Shown here piece by piece: positions 22,831 to 35,500 of a DNA stretch of 64,000 nucleotides; position 1 is the first letter of the stretch; each line of letters opens with the position of its first letter. A program made the position numbers and the translations under genes. The DNA is from Selaginella moellendorffii. Its lineage: Eukaryota > Plantae > Lycopodiophyta. The stretch spans positions 263,117 through 327,116 of the forward strand of contig NW_003314268.1 of the NCBI RefSeq assembly GCF_000143415.4. Direction: 5' to 3'. Below the pieces are notes generated by a model, which did not search any database, was not told the origin of the DNA, and was given only the letters and a program-made list of their open reading frames with translations.

Positions 22831-23269
22831 GTAGGGGCAAGAACGGGAGTATTTGCAAAAAAAGCTTTACTCAATCTCAACATTAATTGAGTTTATATAT
22901 ATCTATGTGTGTGTGTGTGTGTGTGTGTATTATAATAGTGTTCATCTTTAAAAGTCTATAATGATAATAACTCCATTTTTTTATAATACTAAGCTTCATA
23001 ATACAATACATAAAAGTTGTAGTAAAATATACAATAAGATTACAATCACATTACATAGTTGAAACATATTGACTACTATAACATATTTGATTACTACATA
23101 ATGTTGTTATAGGGCCTTCAGATCCACTTATAAGAGTTGAAATATACATATTACAATCTTGAGTCTAATTTAAAATTAAATATTATTTACATAAGATTTC
23201 TATTGGAACTTTGGTGCATACAAATTCATGTTGGCTCTAGTCCAGCTTTCTATAATTGCAGTGCCTAAA

Positions 23270-26200
23270 CACTTCCTAGTATATTCTAGTTTATTCTACC
23301 ATCTAATGGTTGATATTTAGAAATATTATTCTTGTGTTTATAAATTATTAGCATGTTTATAATATAAAATTTCATTTGATCAATTGAATCAATAAATAAG
23401 AATAACACTACTATTAAGCAAATGGAGCCTTGCTGCATGCCAGTGCAGTAACTTATTAAATATTGTACATAAAGATTTAATTATGGGCACTGATGGTGAT
23501 GAATTATCCATATGGCAAGTATATGGCAAAATCATTACATGTTTTTTTTTTTTTTTATTCAAAGTCAGAGGGATGTGTTGATTTTATGATTGTGTGCACA
23601 CAAGTAAATGCATTGTGCTGCAGGGTTTTGTGTGGAGTATGAGGCTGTGAGCGAGTAAGCTAGGGCGATCAATTGCTAGTGATTGAGCCAATGTGAGCAC
23701 AATTGAGTGAGGGTCGAGACCATGCTAAATTGAGGGCAAGAGCAAACCATCGATTGAGTGCCAAGGCACATAAGAAGGTTCTTCCAACCAATCAAGTTCT
23801 AGGGTGTGTGAGGGATTGATTGGGAGCTTGGGCTAGCTGAAGCTGCACGGAAGCTGAAACACAAGTGCTACAACAAGCATGCATGGGCAAGTGCTTGCAA
23901 GCGCTTGTAAAGTAGAGCTTTTGATATGTCCTACTTCTTACTATTATCACCTACTTCTTCTTGCCTCCTCCCTACCAAGCATAGCTGTGACGACTTGCAA
24001 GAACTCACATTTGGACACAAACGCTTTTTATTTATCTTTTCAGTGCTCTAGGTATCTGCGGGATACACAAGGCTACATGATTGAATTGATTATGACCTTA
24101 AATATTGATGAAGTATATGGAATAAGAGCCACTTATGAACAAATGGTGGAAATATGCCAATTTGGTGTTAACTGTTTAGCATATTTCTCTAGAGAATATT
24201 AGAATTAAAACGTCATTACAACATAATTTCTAGAAAATCTATGTGCGGGTTTGGCTATTATTTTAATGTCCAAAAGATTTATTTTACATTTGCTGTTGGA
24301 TTATTGAATAATCAAATTGATCGATAATTATAAACATGTATAAATCAAGATTAATTTTATTTCATATCAACCATTAAATGGTAAAATAAACAAGAATATC
24401 CTAGGAAGTGTTTAAGAAATTTTATAAATTATAAACATGTTTATAAATTATAAATAAAAACTTAATCTAAATGAATAACAACCATTAGTTGGTAGCATAT
24501 CCTAGATATTCAAGCATATTCTAAATATATCCACTACCTCTTTATAAGTTTGCTTAAACAAACAAAAAATGCACAATAGTCTTATATTTGTAAAAAAAAG
24601 AGACAGGTTATACCATGCAAGAGCCCATGACTTCCACACAACATGCCCTAATTGAATATATGTATTTATGACTAGCCAAGAATTCATGAGTTCTATCTCA
24701 ATATAATTTTTTATCTTGTTTGTTTGAAGTTTTCATTTCCATTTTTCTTATTAAGCTTTTGCATATATAACTTTTTTAAGTTAGCCACCATGCTTGTTAA
24801 AACGAGGTCTATCATAAGGTAACTTATGACATTGATAAAACCACTTTCACCTTATAATGAAATTCTTTATAGTATTGTGTGATATCCACATTGGAAAAGG
24901 AATTGAGGGAAAATTGGAATTAATTGATAAAAATGCTCTAGTTTGGATCTTATACCTATGTAGGATGTCATATTCTAAATTGAAAGCAATAGTTTTATAA
25001 GATTACGTCTTAAATAGTAGTTATTAAGCTAGCTAGATTTATATACTTACTATATTTGTTAGCCATTAAAAAGATATATGCATATAATAATGTACCTTTC
25101 AATATGATCCTATTGTGGGAGTAGTATCATATTGTCAACTTAAAGTGGATCATAAGACCTCAATGTCCCCTCCAAATGGAGAGAGTCTAGCCCTTCTAAT
25201 CGACAAAGAGCTTCACTTTGAATGAAGTTCTGCAGATAATAACATGATTATTCGCTGCTTTGTCTATGCCAAAGACATATAAGTATTCTAAAAACTAGTT
25301 TCTTTCTTCAGTATAGTTTCTATCATATTGAGGTGTACTATATAAGAATTAAAATGTTGTTTAATATTTTTTAATATTCTAAATCATTTTCGAATGGTTA
25401 AATATTTTAAATCATGAGCAAGTACGCTGTAGCCATCTTGGTAGAATGAATAATTCCATTATCTTTAGTGAGGACATGTTTGAACTCATAATTAATAAAG
25501 TGTGCTAGACAAAAACCATTTTGGCCTTTATATGTCTTTCTAAGTTAGAGATTTGGAAGTCAGTGAGACCCCACGTGCTCTATACCAAAATGCTTTAATA
25601 TTCCAAGTAAATTTCCAACTGAAACAGTTACGATGACAAAGTAGTTCTGGTAGAAGGTCGTCTTTAAAACACTGTGGAATTAAATTTTTGTTTATTATGA
25701 TACATCAAATATATAAACATCTTCATATGTGTAGCTTCTTGCATAATGTTGATATAGCCATGTTTGATTATTAAGTGCCTTTGTGATCCATCTATTTCAT
25801 CTACTAGTCTCTCACAGTTGTCAAGGTCGTAGGCATTTTCCAACATAGAGACTTTGGGCACTTTGTTTTGTGTAGCTATAGTCTTCTATATATCTCAGTG
25901 TAAATGCATGAGAATAGAATGGATCAGAGTACAAAAAAGAGTGATGAGTCTCTTTTACATTATAAAATCGAAACATCCATAAGAAGTTGAGACAAAGAGC
26001 ACTAGACTGTAATATAACAAAAAATGCTCTACTCACACAGAATTTCTCAACACCCTTAAATAGACAGTGTTAACATGTGAAGGAAGTAAAATTAAATACC
26101 ATAATCTCTTTAACATACCGCAACTAAGTTGCTCTCCCATTTCCTTCTCCACTGGAGGAACTACAACATTAGACTGGGCACTTCCAGCATGGTGTTCACG

Positions 26201-27182
26201 GTGTGTGTCATACCTCGGATCACAATCAGGCATGTTACATCTCCTGCCATGTCCATAGTTTTGGCATGCTACAGAGGAGGGGCTAGAAGGTGGTGTAACC
26301 ATTCTGTTATTTGTCTTGGATCTGAAATTGTGAGGTGGTGTAGCAAATCCACCTCATCCACATGCTTACCTGGATCATTTTCTTGGTGTAAACTCGTATT
26401 AAAAGAGTCTGATGGACTTGAGTTCAACCACATTCAAGCATGCTGCGATTGAAATGTGGTGGGAGCATGAGAAACTCCACGTACTTTGCTGTGGCACTAT
26501 CCTTGTAGTGCATTAATGGTTGTTCAGTGGATAAAAGGGGTCTTGTAGCTAGTTTTTCTGCAACTTCCATCATCTCCCTATAGCGTAGGAAGATAGCATT
26601 CCTGATTGTTTGACTGCAGCTCTAATAGAAACACTTAACAGAAGTTTGTCTGGCTTTCTAGTTCCAAAAAAATGGCCCATTTTTTCTGCCATATAATAAA
26701 CACTTTCAATATATAAAAAATAATATCAAAAGAAATATTGAAATATTTTTATAATGTTTGAGTGTGGGCAAGTCTTGCATACTCTATTTCTTCTCAAACT
26801 ATTCATTATTATCCAGCTCTCTTGCAATTTTCATGCTCATGAGAGATACCTCCTCCACTTCCATGTTGGTAATGCTCTTTAGGACTGAAATCCATTTTAA
26901 TGAATATTATTCCATAAAATAATTATACTTAAATTAATCTAATATGTATATAGAAAGTTTCTGGTTTGCTTAAGCAAACTGGTAGTGAATATATCTAGAA
27001 TATACTTGGATATTCTGGGAAATTCTACCATCTAACAGTTACTATTCATTTAAATTAATCTTTACTTTAAAATTTATAAACATGTTTATAACTATAAAAT
27101 TCTATTTGATTAATTGGATTAATAAATAATACTAAACACTACTATTAAGAAAATAAAGTGTTGCTGCATGCAACGCACAGCA
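23270..27182. repeat. Three copies of an AT-rich repeat (~23270-23450 +, ~24290-24570 -, ~26950-27182 +), possibly Helitron-derived
   Basis: Shared ATTCTACCATCTAA, CATGTTTATAA and AACACTACTATTAAG; the + copies end in a GC hairpin (GCTGCATGCAACGCACAGC) resembling Helitron 3' subterminal hairpins; no clean CTRR end seen. Confidence 0.45.
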
Positions 27183-27819
27183 AAACATTTGCATGATGAA
27201 GCAAACTGATATTTAAGAATCTTAATCAAATATATAGATATTTATTAATATTAATTAAAATAATTATTTAAGAATAATAATTTAAAATGTTGATTTTTTA
27301 ACAGTATTATTAAAATTGTTAATATTTATCAATATCCTTAATTGCAATTGTGAATCAATGTTGTTCAAAATTTCATGACACTCCTTTGCAAGAGACCCCA
27401 ACATGTTTTTTAAATTTTTCTTTGATCTACTTTCACTTGCTCCGAGGGTTTGGAAAACTATTTTTATGAAAATCCCTCATTAATGTTTCTTCTAGACGGT
27501 TGTTCTTTTTAATCTCTAAGAAATATCTCAACCAAGTACTAGTTCTATTTACTCAAGATAGCTAAATATTGATATCCCTTATTCTTATTATGAATCTGTC
27601 ATGTTTGTTTTCTATCATCAATTTGATATTTTGAATTCTTTTATATTTAATTATCAATACTTAGTTCTCCAAGAATTGAAGCTTCACTTGAAGAAATACT
27701 ACATCTTCATCAGGAGGTTGATCATATACCTCAAATTGGTCTGACCTGCTAACATGCACATCAAACTCTGACTTGAGGTGGCCAAATTAAGAAAACCTTA
27801 AACCCTAAGAGGTTTGGGG

Positions 27820-29313
27820 ATGGAGGCGGTGGTGCGGGCTGCGCTCTCGTTTCACACCGACAAGGGAAGGGACGACTCGAGCCGTAAGCTAACGGCCGCG
27901 GAACAGGCCCAGGTATGTATACCTCCACCAACCTACGAGGACGAGAGTGTCTTCCCCGGAAATTCCAAAAGCATCCACACGGATTTTGCGTCGGACAATG
28001 TCGCCTCCTGGACGCTGGGAGCCTGGGATGGCTTCCTGGACGAGGTGCGAGACTTCTCGCAGCAGCTGCCAAGAACGGGCTCTTTCTACTCCAAGCCCGA
28101 CACCACCGTGGAGCCGATCTCGGACGCATCGGGTTTGGCTATGGACCTCCAGGACGGCTTGCATCGCCTGGGACGGAACATCAGTGCTTTCTCTGCTCAA
28201 AGCGTGGTGGGTTGGCCGGATATCTGCGTGGAATGGCGAGACAAAGATGATGCTCCGGCGCTCCTCGTGGGTATTGTGGAGCTCGACACTTTGCCAGCGT
28301 TTCCACCGTCACGTATCCGGGAGGACTTGGTCTCGTCACCGACATCACAGTTTTGGCCAGTATTGAACCGGCTGAGGGAGATGTTGGCTCTGTCGGGAGG
28401 CCTGCGTTATGGCTTCGTGACGACGAGGACAAAGTACTGGTTTTGCTATGGTGACGAGACCGTGCTGGCCCTGTCACCACCGGTGGATGTCGAGAGCGTC
28501 ACCTTGGCTTGCTTCTGGTACCTCATGGCTCTTTCCGAAGGGAAGGAAGCGAAACCTCCACCGATGAAAACTGTGTGGAACGTAGGCCGCACTACTGATT
28601 TCACAGGCATGCAAGACGCGATGAAGGGCATGGTGAAAGATTTAGCCACGACGCTACTGGCAGATGGCAGCAGCAGCGGGGGCCAAGTCCACGAGAAACT
28701 CGAGTTTTGGTCGAGTCGAGAGTTTGAGCTGGGCCGCAGGCTTTACAAGTTCAACTGTGACATACTCTATGCCAAGCTGCGCAATGGTGGCGACGAAGTG
28801 GTGCTTAAGATCCGGGACCTCGGGAGCCATCGGAGCTGCTTGAGGGACGAGCTGGAAAGGTTTGTCAAGGAGGTTTTGGCGTACAAGAAACTCCGGAGAA
28901 TCCAGGGGCGTGCCATACCACAGCTGAGGAGCTACGGGTTTATGAGTGGTGGCATGTTTGCTGTGCTTGTGCTGAGCTATGGTGGCCAGCGTCGCGATTT
29001 CCATGCTCTCGACGCTGCATCGTCTGGACGATATGGAGAAGAAGCTGCTCGAACCCTGCATATGATCCATCACCGAGGGCTTGTTCACGGCGATCTTGAC
29101 ACGAGCTCGGTGGTGGTGAGAAGTGAGGAGCCTCTGCGGGTGACTATTGTTGGACTTTCTCGAGCCCAGCCTGCTGCGACGGCCAAGGAATTTTCTCGAG
29201 AAATGGTAAGGATCAAGGCAGGTTGTGGAATGACAATCAAGGAAGCCCGGAAAGTAAGGCTTCACTATAGCGATGATGATGACACTGGAGATGACACCAC
29301 GCCAAGTGGTTGA
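27820..29313 (+). CDS. Intronless protein: degenerate PD-(D/E)xK-like N-domain plus fungal/Crinkler-type kinase-like C-domain
   Basis: Open ~497-codon GC-rich ORF with WPDIC..VELD, LRYGFVTT..YWF, VVLK, EVLAYKKLRRIQGRAIP and HHRGLVHGDL; telo-box AAACCCTAA just upstream. Confidence 0.7.
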   Translation: MEAVVRAALSFHTDKGRDDSSRKLTAAEQAQVCIPPPTYEDESVFPGNSKSIHTDFASDNVASWTLGAWDGFLDEVRDFSQQLPRTGSFYSKPDTTVEPISDASGLAMDLQDGLHRLGRNISAFSAQSVVGWPDICVEWRDKDDAPALLVGIVELDTLPAFPPSRIREDLVSSPTSQFWPVLNRLREMLALSGGLRYGFVTTRTKYWFCYGDETVLALSPPVDVESVTLACFWYLMALSEGKEAKPPPMKTVWNVGRTTDFTGMQDAMKGMVKDLATTLLADGSSSGGQVHEKLEFWSSREFELGRRLYKFNCDILYAKLRNGGDEVVLKIRDLGSHRSCLRDELERFVKEVLAYKKLRRIQGRAIPQLRSYGFMSGGMFAVLVLSYGGQRRDFHALDAASSGRYGEEAARTLHMIHHRGLVHGDLDTSSVVVRSEEPLRVTIVGLSRAQPAATAKEFSREMVRIKAGCGMTIKEARKVRLHYSDDDDTGDDTTPSG

Positions 29314-29566
29314 AGGAAGATTCTTAGAACTAATTTGCAGGCTTTTAGAGCAAGAAAGTTGTGAGTGACAAGTCAACAGGCTAGCAGAATGAAATAGCTG
29401 TTTTATAATAATAGTTACTGAATATAAATTACCACAGAAAAAGCATATTAACGTTGTCTAAACTATGATACTATATCAAACTATAAAAATATTATACTTT
29501 AACATTCAACTATATTTGTAAACTATATATTGCACATCTTTTATTTACACATGCATAATATATATA

Positions 29567-29626
29567 TATAATGCACACAATCACATTTTGATTACTAGCA
29601 ATCAAAATGTGATTGTGTGCATTATA
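29567..29626. repeat. Perfect 27-bp inverted repeat with 6-nt loop
   Basis: TATAATGCACACAATCACATTTTGATT-actagc-AATCAAAATGTGATTGTGTGCATTATA. Confidence 0.9.
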
Positions 29627-31287
29627 ATATTTGCATGGGACACGTCATATGCATAGTAGCATACCACCTGCAAAAACACTTCATGCCACATATGTGGCAA
29701 TGTTGTCTCCTCTTTCAGGATCACACACTCCAGCTTATCTAGTGCCCCCATATAATGCCACAATCTCTATCAATCAACTAATAACTTTATCCAACACTTG
29801 CTGCTGCTGTGGGATTCTATAAATCAAACCCTCATTCTTGGAGAACTTGAGCACTATGTCACAATATGTGTGACATTTGTGATTCTTTCATGTTTTAAAG
29901 AGATTGGCTAGATTCTAGATTGACACCTAGATGCATGTAACTATTGAAGATCGAAGGTGAGTGCTCAGTGTGTCAAATCAAGCATTCCAAGATATTGCCG
30001 AATTAAATGGCAAACAGCTTGCATGTGGAGGCTCATGACTGGTGCTCCTTTAGTGGGATCTATGATGCTTGTTTCCAATCTGGTCAAATCTTGCAACACA
30101 ATCTTACTAAACATAAAACATGAAGAAGTAAACTGATTGGCCATGCTAAGATATTTATATATATATATGAGTCATATCTATGTTTTTTTTCTAGGCTCCA
30201 CCCTAAGTACACTTCCCTGGACAACATGACATAACTTCAAATTTAATTAGTGGTTTTCCATCTCAAACAATATAGTTTTTTATGGCATTTTTCAGGTCAC
30301 CTATCTTAATATTATTCAAACCCAAACATGTTTAACTCTATATATCTTAAGATCCTTAATTAATTAGAACAACATTATCCTTTCTCTTTACACTTAAAAT
30401 TCATCAAGATAATAGGGTTTACATGCATTTATTTTTATATCGCTTTTTCAGTATTTCTTTCCCTTTTTAAACACAGCTGGATGGTAGTACTTGCTTATAT
30501 ATAGCCTCAAGATTTTGCAACACTTTTGATTGGATACACTCCTTTCCAACTTATGATTTTTAAATGCCAATGGAATCTACACCAATTGATCCACACAATC
30601 ACAATCTACACCAATTGATCCACACAATCACATATTTTGATAATTATGTTTGCTCTTTTCCATAGCATCCATCCAATCACACTAAACACTAAAACATTAA
30701 ATCTTGTTGATGTGTCAAAAACTTGAGTGGCATGTTAATTGGCTGACGCAATGTGGCAAACTTGGGCATGTAATATTTTGCAGTAATTGATGCCTATCCT
30801 ATACCCATCAAGATAAAGTCCAAGCCACATGTGCTCTAGTGGCGGTTCTGAGTGTGAAGTGACATAGTTGTTAGAGTGGTTGTCGGTGTGAAGTGACATT
30901 AGAATGGTTATCGATTGTGACTTCGAATTGACTCCAAATTGCTTGTGCCTATTGAGAAAAAAAAATTGGCAGCAAGGTGTGAACCAGTTGCCACAAATGT
31001 GTTGCCATAAGCACCACCTGCATCACCTCCCACAGAAACTCAAGCTCCCCAGCCTGACACCCGAGAACAGCTCGGGCTAGTTCTTTCACAATGCATGACA
31101 CAGTCTGCCTCCATGCTTCCATTGGAAGTTTTCTGGACTCCTAGCATTTTTAAGCATTTTTATTGTAAAATTTCTTTATTCTGGATCACATCACACAGAC
31201 ACAGAACACATTAGTTAGAACACATTATTAGAATGCCAAGAGCAACACACACTCAGGCAAACATTCAGTCCCCAGCACACGCTTTCC

Positions 31288-31661
31288 TCAAGGTTTTGTG
31301 TTTTTTTCATCTTTCCTAGCTGCAGCAAAAGCAAAGCAAAAGAGTGAGAAACAAATACAAGATAGGAAAGAAAAGTTCTAGTGCCTGGGTAGCCAGCAAA
31401 TTTGCACACGTCCAGCCCGGTGCAAGCGACGAGTGCAGCCCGCAGCGCCTGAACATCGTAGTTGGGGATGTACTTTTCGCAGTCGCAAACCGCAGAGCCC
31501 AGAAGGATGAGCTGCACGCAGCAGCTGTTAGCCGGGTTGGGGAGCAAATTCCCGCAAGACGTGCAGGTCTTGTAGCTCACGGCCTTCGACAGAGAGTTGG
31601 AGCTCGCCGTCGCCACCATGTAAACCAGAAACACCACCATTGCCACCGACTTGCAGCTCAT
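31288..31661 (-). CDS. Small secreted eight-cysteine (nsLTP/prolamin-like) protein
   Basis: Signal peptide followed by C-x2-C..CC..CxC..C..C; probable GC-AG intron 31320-31384 giving the tail ARKDEKNTKP*; TATA-like element near 31755. Confidence 0.7.
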
Positions 31662-31867
31662 CGTTGGTTCAAAACTCTGGAATTTCTTTAGAAAGAAAGA
31701 AAAGAGAAACCAAGAGGGAGTGTGTGCTGGGTGGTGTGAGGGGAGAGAGAGCTATATATCCCCGCAAGGAATGCCTCTCCACCACCCACACAGTATCCCC
31801 AGGCACGGACACTCCGAACGAAATTACTTACCAGATGCAAACAAATGCTGGACAAGGAGGGACCGCC

Positions 31868-32440
31868 TCACGCTTTGTCCTCCTCCGTCTTCTGTGCGTC
31901 CAAAATCGCTGCCAGCGAGGGTGGCGGCCGGTAGACAATGCTTCTCTTCCACTTGGCCTTGAGCTTCCTCGACTCGCGTGGTTTTATCCCGCGCTCAATC
32001 TCTCGCTCTCGTTTCACGGTGAGCATCCGAGCAATCTGCGATAAGTAGGAGAGCGTGGGCTTAGCCGCAAAGCTGTTTCTAGACTTAGCTTACCTTCTTT
32101 TTCATGTTCTTGTAGTCGCTGACACGGTAGTCCTGCCGGGTTACCTTCTTGCAGCGCATGAGAAAGAGCTCGCCCTTCAAATCCACCACCGTCTCGTTGA
32201 TGAGCTCGTCCGACATCCCCCGGATTTCCTTGAGCTCGATGGTCCTCTTGGCCATCATGGACACTCTGAGCGGCTGCGCCCTCAGCCGCAAAGGTGCTGC
32301 GATCTGAGTCCTCTTCAATCCCTGCTAGAAAAAACCCACCAGCAAAGAGCTGAGAGCAATGCAAATCAGAATTCGAGCACACTTACGCATGAATCCAGCT
32401 TGAGCCTCAGTCCTGCCATTCCTGTCGCTGCAAGCGCCAT
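31868..32440 (-). CDS. RPL29: Plastid 50S ribosomal protein L29 (nuclear-encoded, 3 exons)
   Basis: Transit peptide then ELKEIRGMSDELINETVVDLKGELFLMR..MKKK|IARMLTVKRERE..KWKRSIVYRPPPSL. Confidence 0.88.
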
Positions 32441-32574
32441 AGCCACAAAAGGATGAGACACTAGAAGAAGAAAAAATTTGGTTTTTTTTTTTAACTTTCT
32501 TCCATTACCTACCTATAGGTAAGGTAATTCTTCACAAATCAGGAAAACAAAAAAGAGAAAAACATCGAACCATC

Positions 32575-35500
32575 TCAGCGCATAGATTGCTGGTGAGCTT
32601 TAGTGATTCTCCGCACGGCGGTCAGCCAGACACCACATTCGTCCCACTCTCGCGATGTCAAGTCGCCCTGCACACAGAGAAAAGATGGATCGTCAGCTAC
32701 ATACGGCAGAGGAAAAGGCAAACTCACTAGTATCTCATGAGCCGAAGGGAAATTCCGACTATCCAGTGCCTGACAAAGCAGAAGTAGCTTCGTCTCGACA
32801 TTTGGCGATACGTCCCCAGAGTTTAGCTTGGCGAACAAAGCTCCAAGCTTTCTGGAGTTGTCATCCACTTCACGTTTCTTTACAGGGTTGCTCATATCGG
32901 ACGTTTCAGCGAAAAGCCTTTTGAACGTAGAAACCACAGGCTTCAATTCATCTGTAAAAGAAACCAAATGTAAAAACACGTTGTGTAAGGCGACATTACC
33001 TTTAACATTCTGTGTGTCAACGGTGTGGACAGTCGGGGGAGGGGCCGGCGCTGATGGAGCTGTGTATGTAGGCTGGGGTGCTGGGGCAGATTGTGCTGGT
33101 GCTGTATATGTTGCTGGAGTAGAATGTGGTGGTGCTGTATATGTTGCTTGAACTGTATAAGGAGTCTGTTGTTGTAAGTGTGAGATCAATGGTTGAGCAG
33201 CTGTCGGTGGACTAGGAAGGCGTTGGAGAGGAGGCTGCACAGGCTGCACGCGAACAGGGTTGAATCCAGCAACAGGATTGAATCCAGCGGGCGTATGAAC
33301 TTCTGTTTGATGTGACGGTCTCGGCACCATGAAGCTTGAAGCAGGAGGTTGCACACGAACAGGGTTGAACATAGTTGGAGGCGGGACGTGAGGTTCTGTT
33401 TGCTGTGGAGGCCTTGGAACCATCAAGCTTGGAGCAGGAGCGCTAGGAGCGGGAGAAGATGGTGCATACTGACCCATCGTTGGCGTTGGCGTTTGTGTGT
33501 AATGCGGGTAGTCGTACGGTTGCGAAGAAAATCCCTATGAGCATCCCACATTAGGACAGGTAACAACACATCTCGAAGTACCTGATTGTAACTCGGCGTA
33601 TACCCAGTGTTAGGATACATGGGTGATTGACGGCTTGCCACTGGCGCTGGCGCGGGCGCGGGCGCTGCCACTGGCACTTGCGGCGGTTGCTGACTTCTCT
33701 GAATTCTGTCTCGAAGTATCGTCAAACTTTGAGGTAGTTCCCCGGGGACCAAAGAGAGATACGCGCCGGCAGATTCAACAAGTCCTTCACTCGCAAGAAG
33801 TTCACAAAAACTCTCTACTGCCTTTGCTAAGGCCGGAGTGAGTCGCTTAAGTTCGACAGCGACAGCCAGCACAAGTGACTTCTCCACTAAATCCTGTGAT
33901 CCCAATGTTAGTAGCAAGAGACACTGAAACAACCATACCTGTAAATTTGTCGTAACATGCTTCCCATGATTTGGGGTGCTGAACGCGCGAGAAAGCACTT
34001 CAATAGTCTTCTCAACATTGCCTGCACATATATAACAGATTGTTGCTGCTTGAACATCGCCGCCAAGATCAAGCCTTGAAGCCAACGCATTAGCAAGTTG
34101 TGACCAGTCTTCACCACGCGCGTACTGCGAAAAAAAGAAGAAAAAAACAACTGTAAATCTACTTCGCATAAAGCAAATAATACCGTAGCCAGAAGAGCTA
34201 ATGTCTGCTTCCATGCAGCTAAAGGCCTGTTTGCGACTAATCCACTGAAATCTCGTGTTACAATCGCGGACAGAACCTGGCAATATAAACCGAGGTGAGA
34301 TTTAGGAACACAAGGCATCACGAACCTTGAAATATGAACGTTGGTTTTTCTTCACATACTCATCCCGAGTTTTCTCTCCCAAAGCTTGACTTCCAGCATA
34401 AGCAATGCTCAAGGCATCCGCAATTCGGTTCATAGAAATGCATTGTGCCACTGCTCCCTTGAAGTCTCCAACAACCAGTGCCTCCTCGATTGCATTGTCC
34501 GAGTCCCTGCTAGTATCATCTACTTCTTGTTCTTCTGTGCCTTCTGCGGTGGTCTCATCTTTCCCGTTCATTTGTCCAGCAGCTACCTCGGGTTCTTTTG
34601 GCTCTTGAAGGTTTTCAAAAAAGTCCTCCCCATCGTCAATTGGTGTTTCTACAGCCGGTACGTCTGTTTGAATTTCGGCCTTCTCTTCAAACTCTTCGGC
34701 AAGTGCGTCGACTTCAGAAAATTGAAAGCCAAGCTGATTCAATAGAGCCTTTCTTCCTCCATCATCGTCAAACATCAGCTTCAAATATTCCCACACTTCT
34801 CGTTCTTGATCAGATCTGCTAAAAGAAAAATTAGGATGACTGCACAAGCAAAGAATGGAAGACATACTCTGCTTCAGAAGCTTTTCGATCACAAAAAGAC
34901 TTCAAAAGAGTCCTTCGATCGCCATTGGTAACAGCTTCCTCAAATTCAGTCGAACGTTTCACCGTGCCTTCTTCGATCGCCAAACTATGAACCTTGACCT
35001 GTAAGGAAATTTCGAGTTGCGAATAGAGTACAAAGGTGAAGATGTCTACCTCCGAAGCTATAGAATTTTCAGCCTTCTTTTTAAACGAGACGAGCTTTCC
35101 ACCAAAACCGAAACTCGTTCCCACTGGTCTCTTGAGCCACTTTGGTGCCTTCAAAACCACTGTAACAACAAGCCGAAAGCTTACAATATTACCAAGACAT
35201 GGCTCTACATTACCAGGAGAAGTACGTCCATATTCCTTTTCATTATGGTGACAGGACTGGAACAAAACGAGATTCTCTTGTATAACAAACGAAATGTACA
35301 TTCCATGACCTACCTCAATACTGTATATGCCAACTCTTCCATCATACGATGAGGCGGATAAGATGCCAGGCGTCCGGGTAGACCATTGCACGTCAAAATT
35401 CCAACTGTTGCCTCTAGGTAACTCCCCGATAATCTTTCAATCAATTGCCACAAGTCAAGGAAAAACCAACAGATATAAGCCAGGAAAGCTTACCTCCCCT

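Noticed and set aside
30574-30631. 29-bp tandem duplication AATCTACACCAATTGATCCACACAATCAC
   Set aside because: Two adjacent copies without spacers; simple slippage, not an array.
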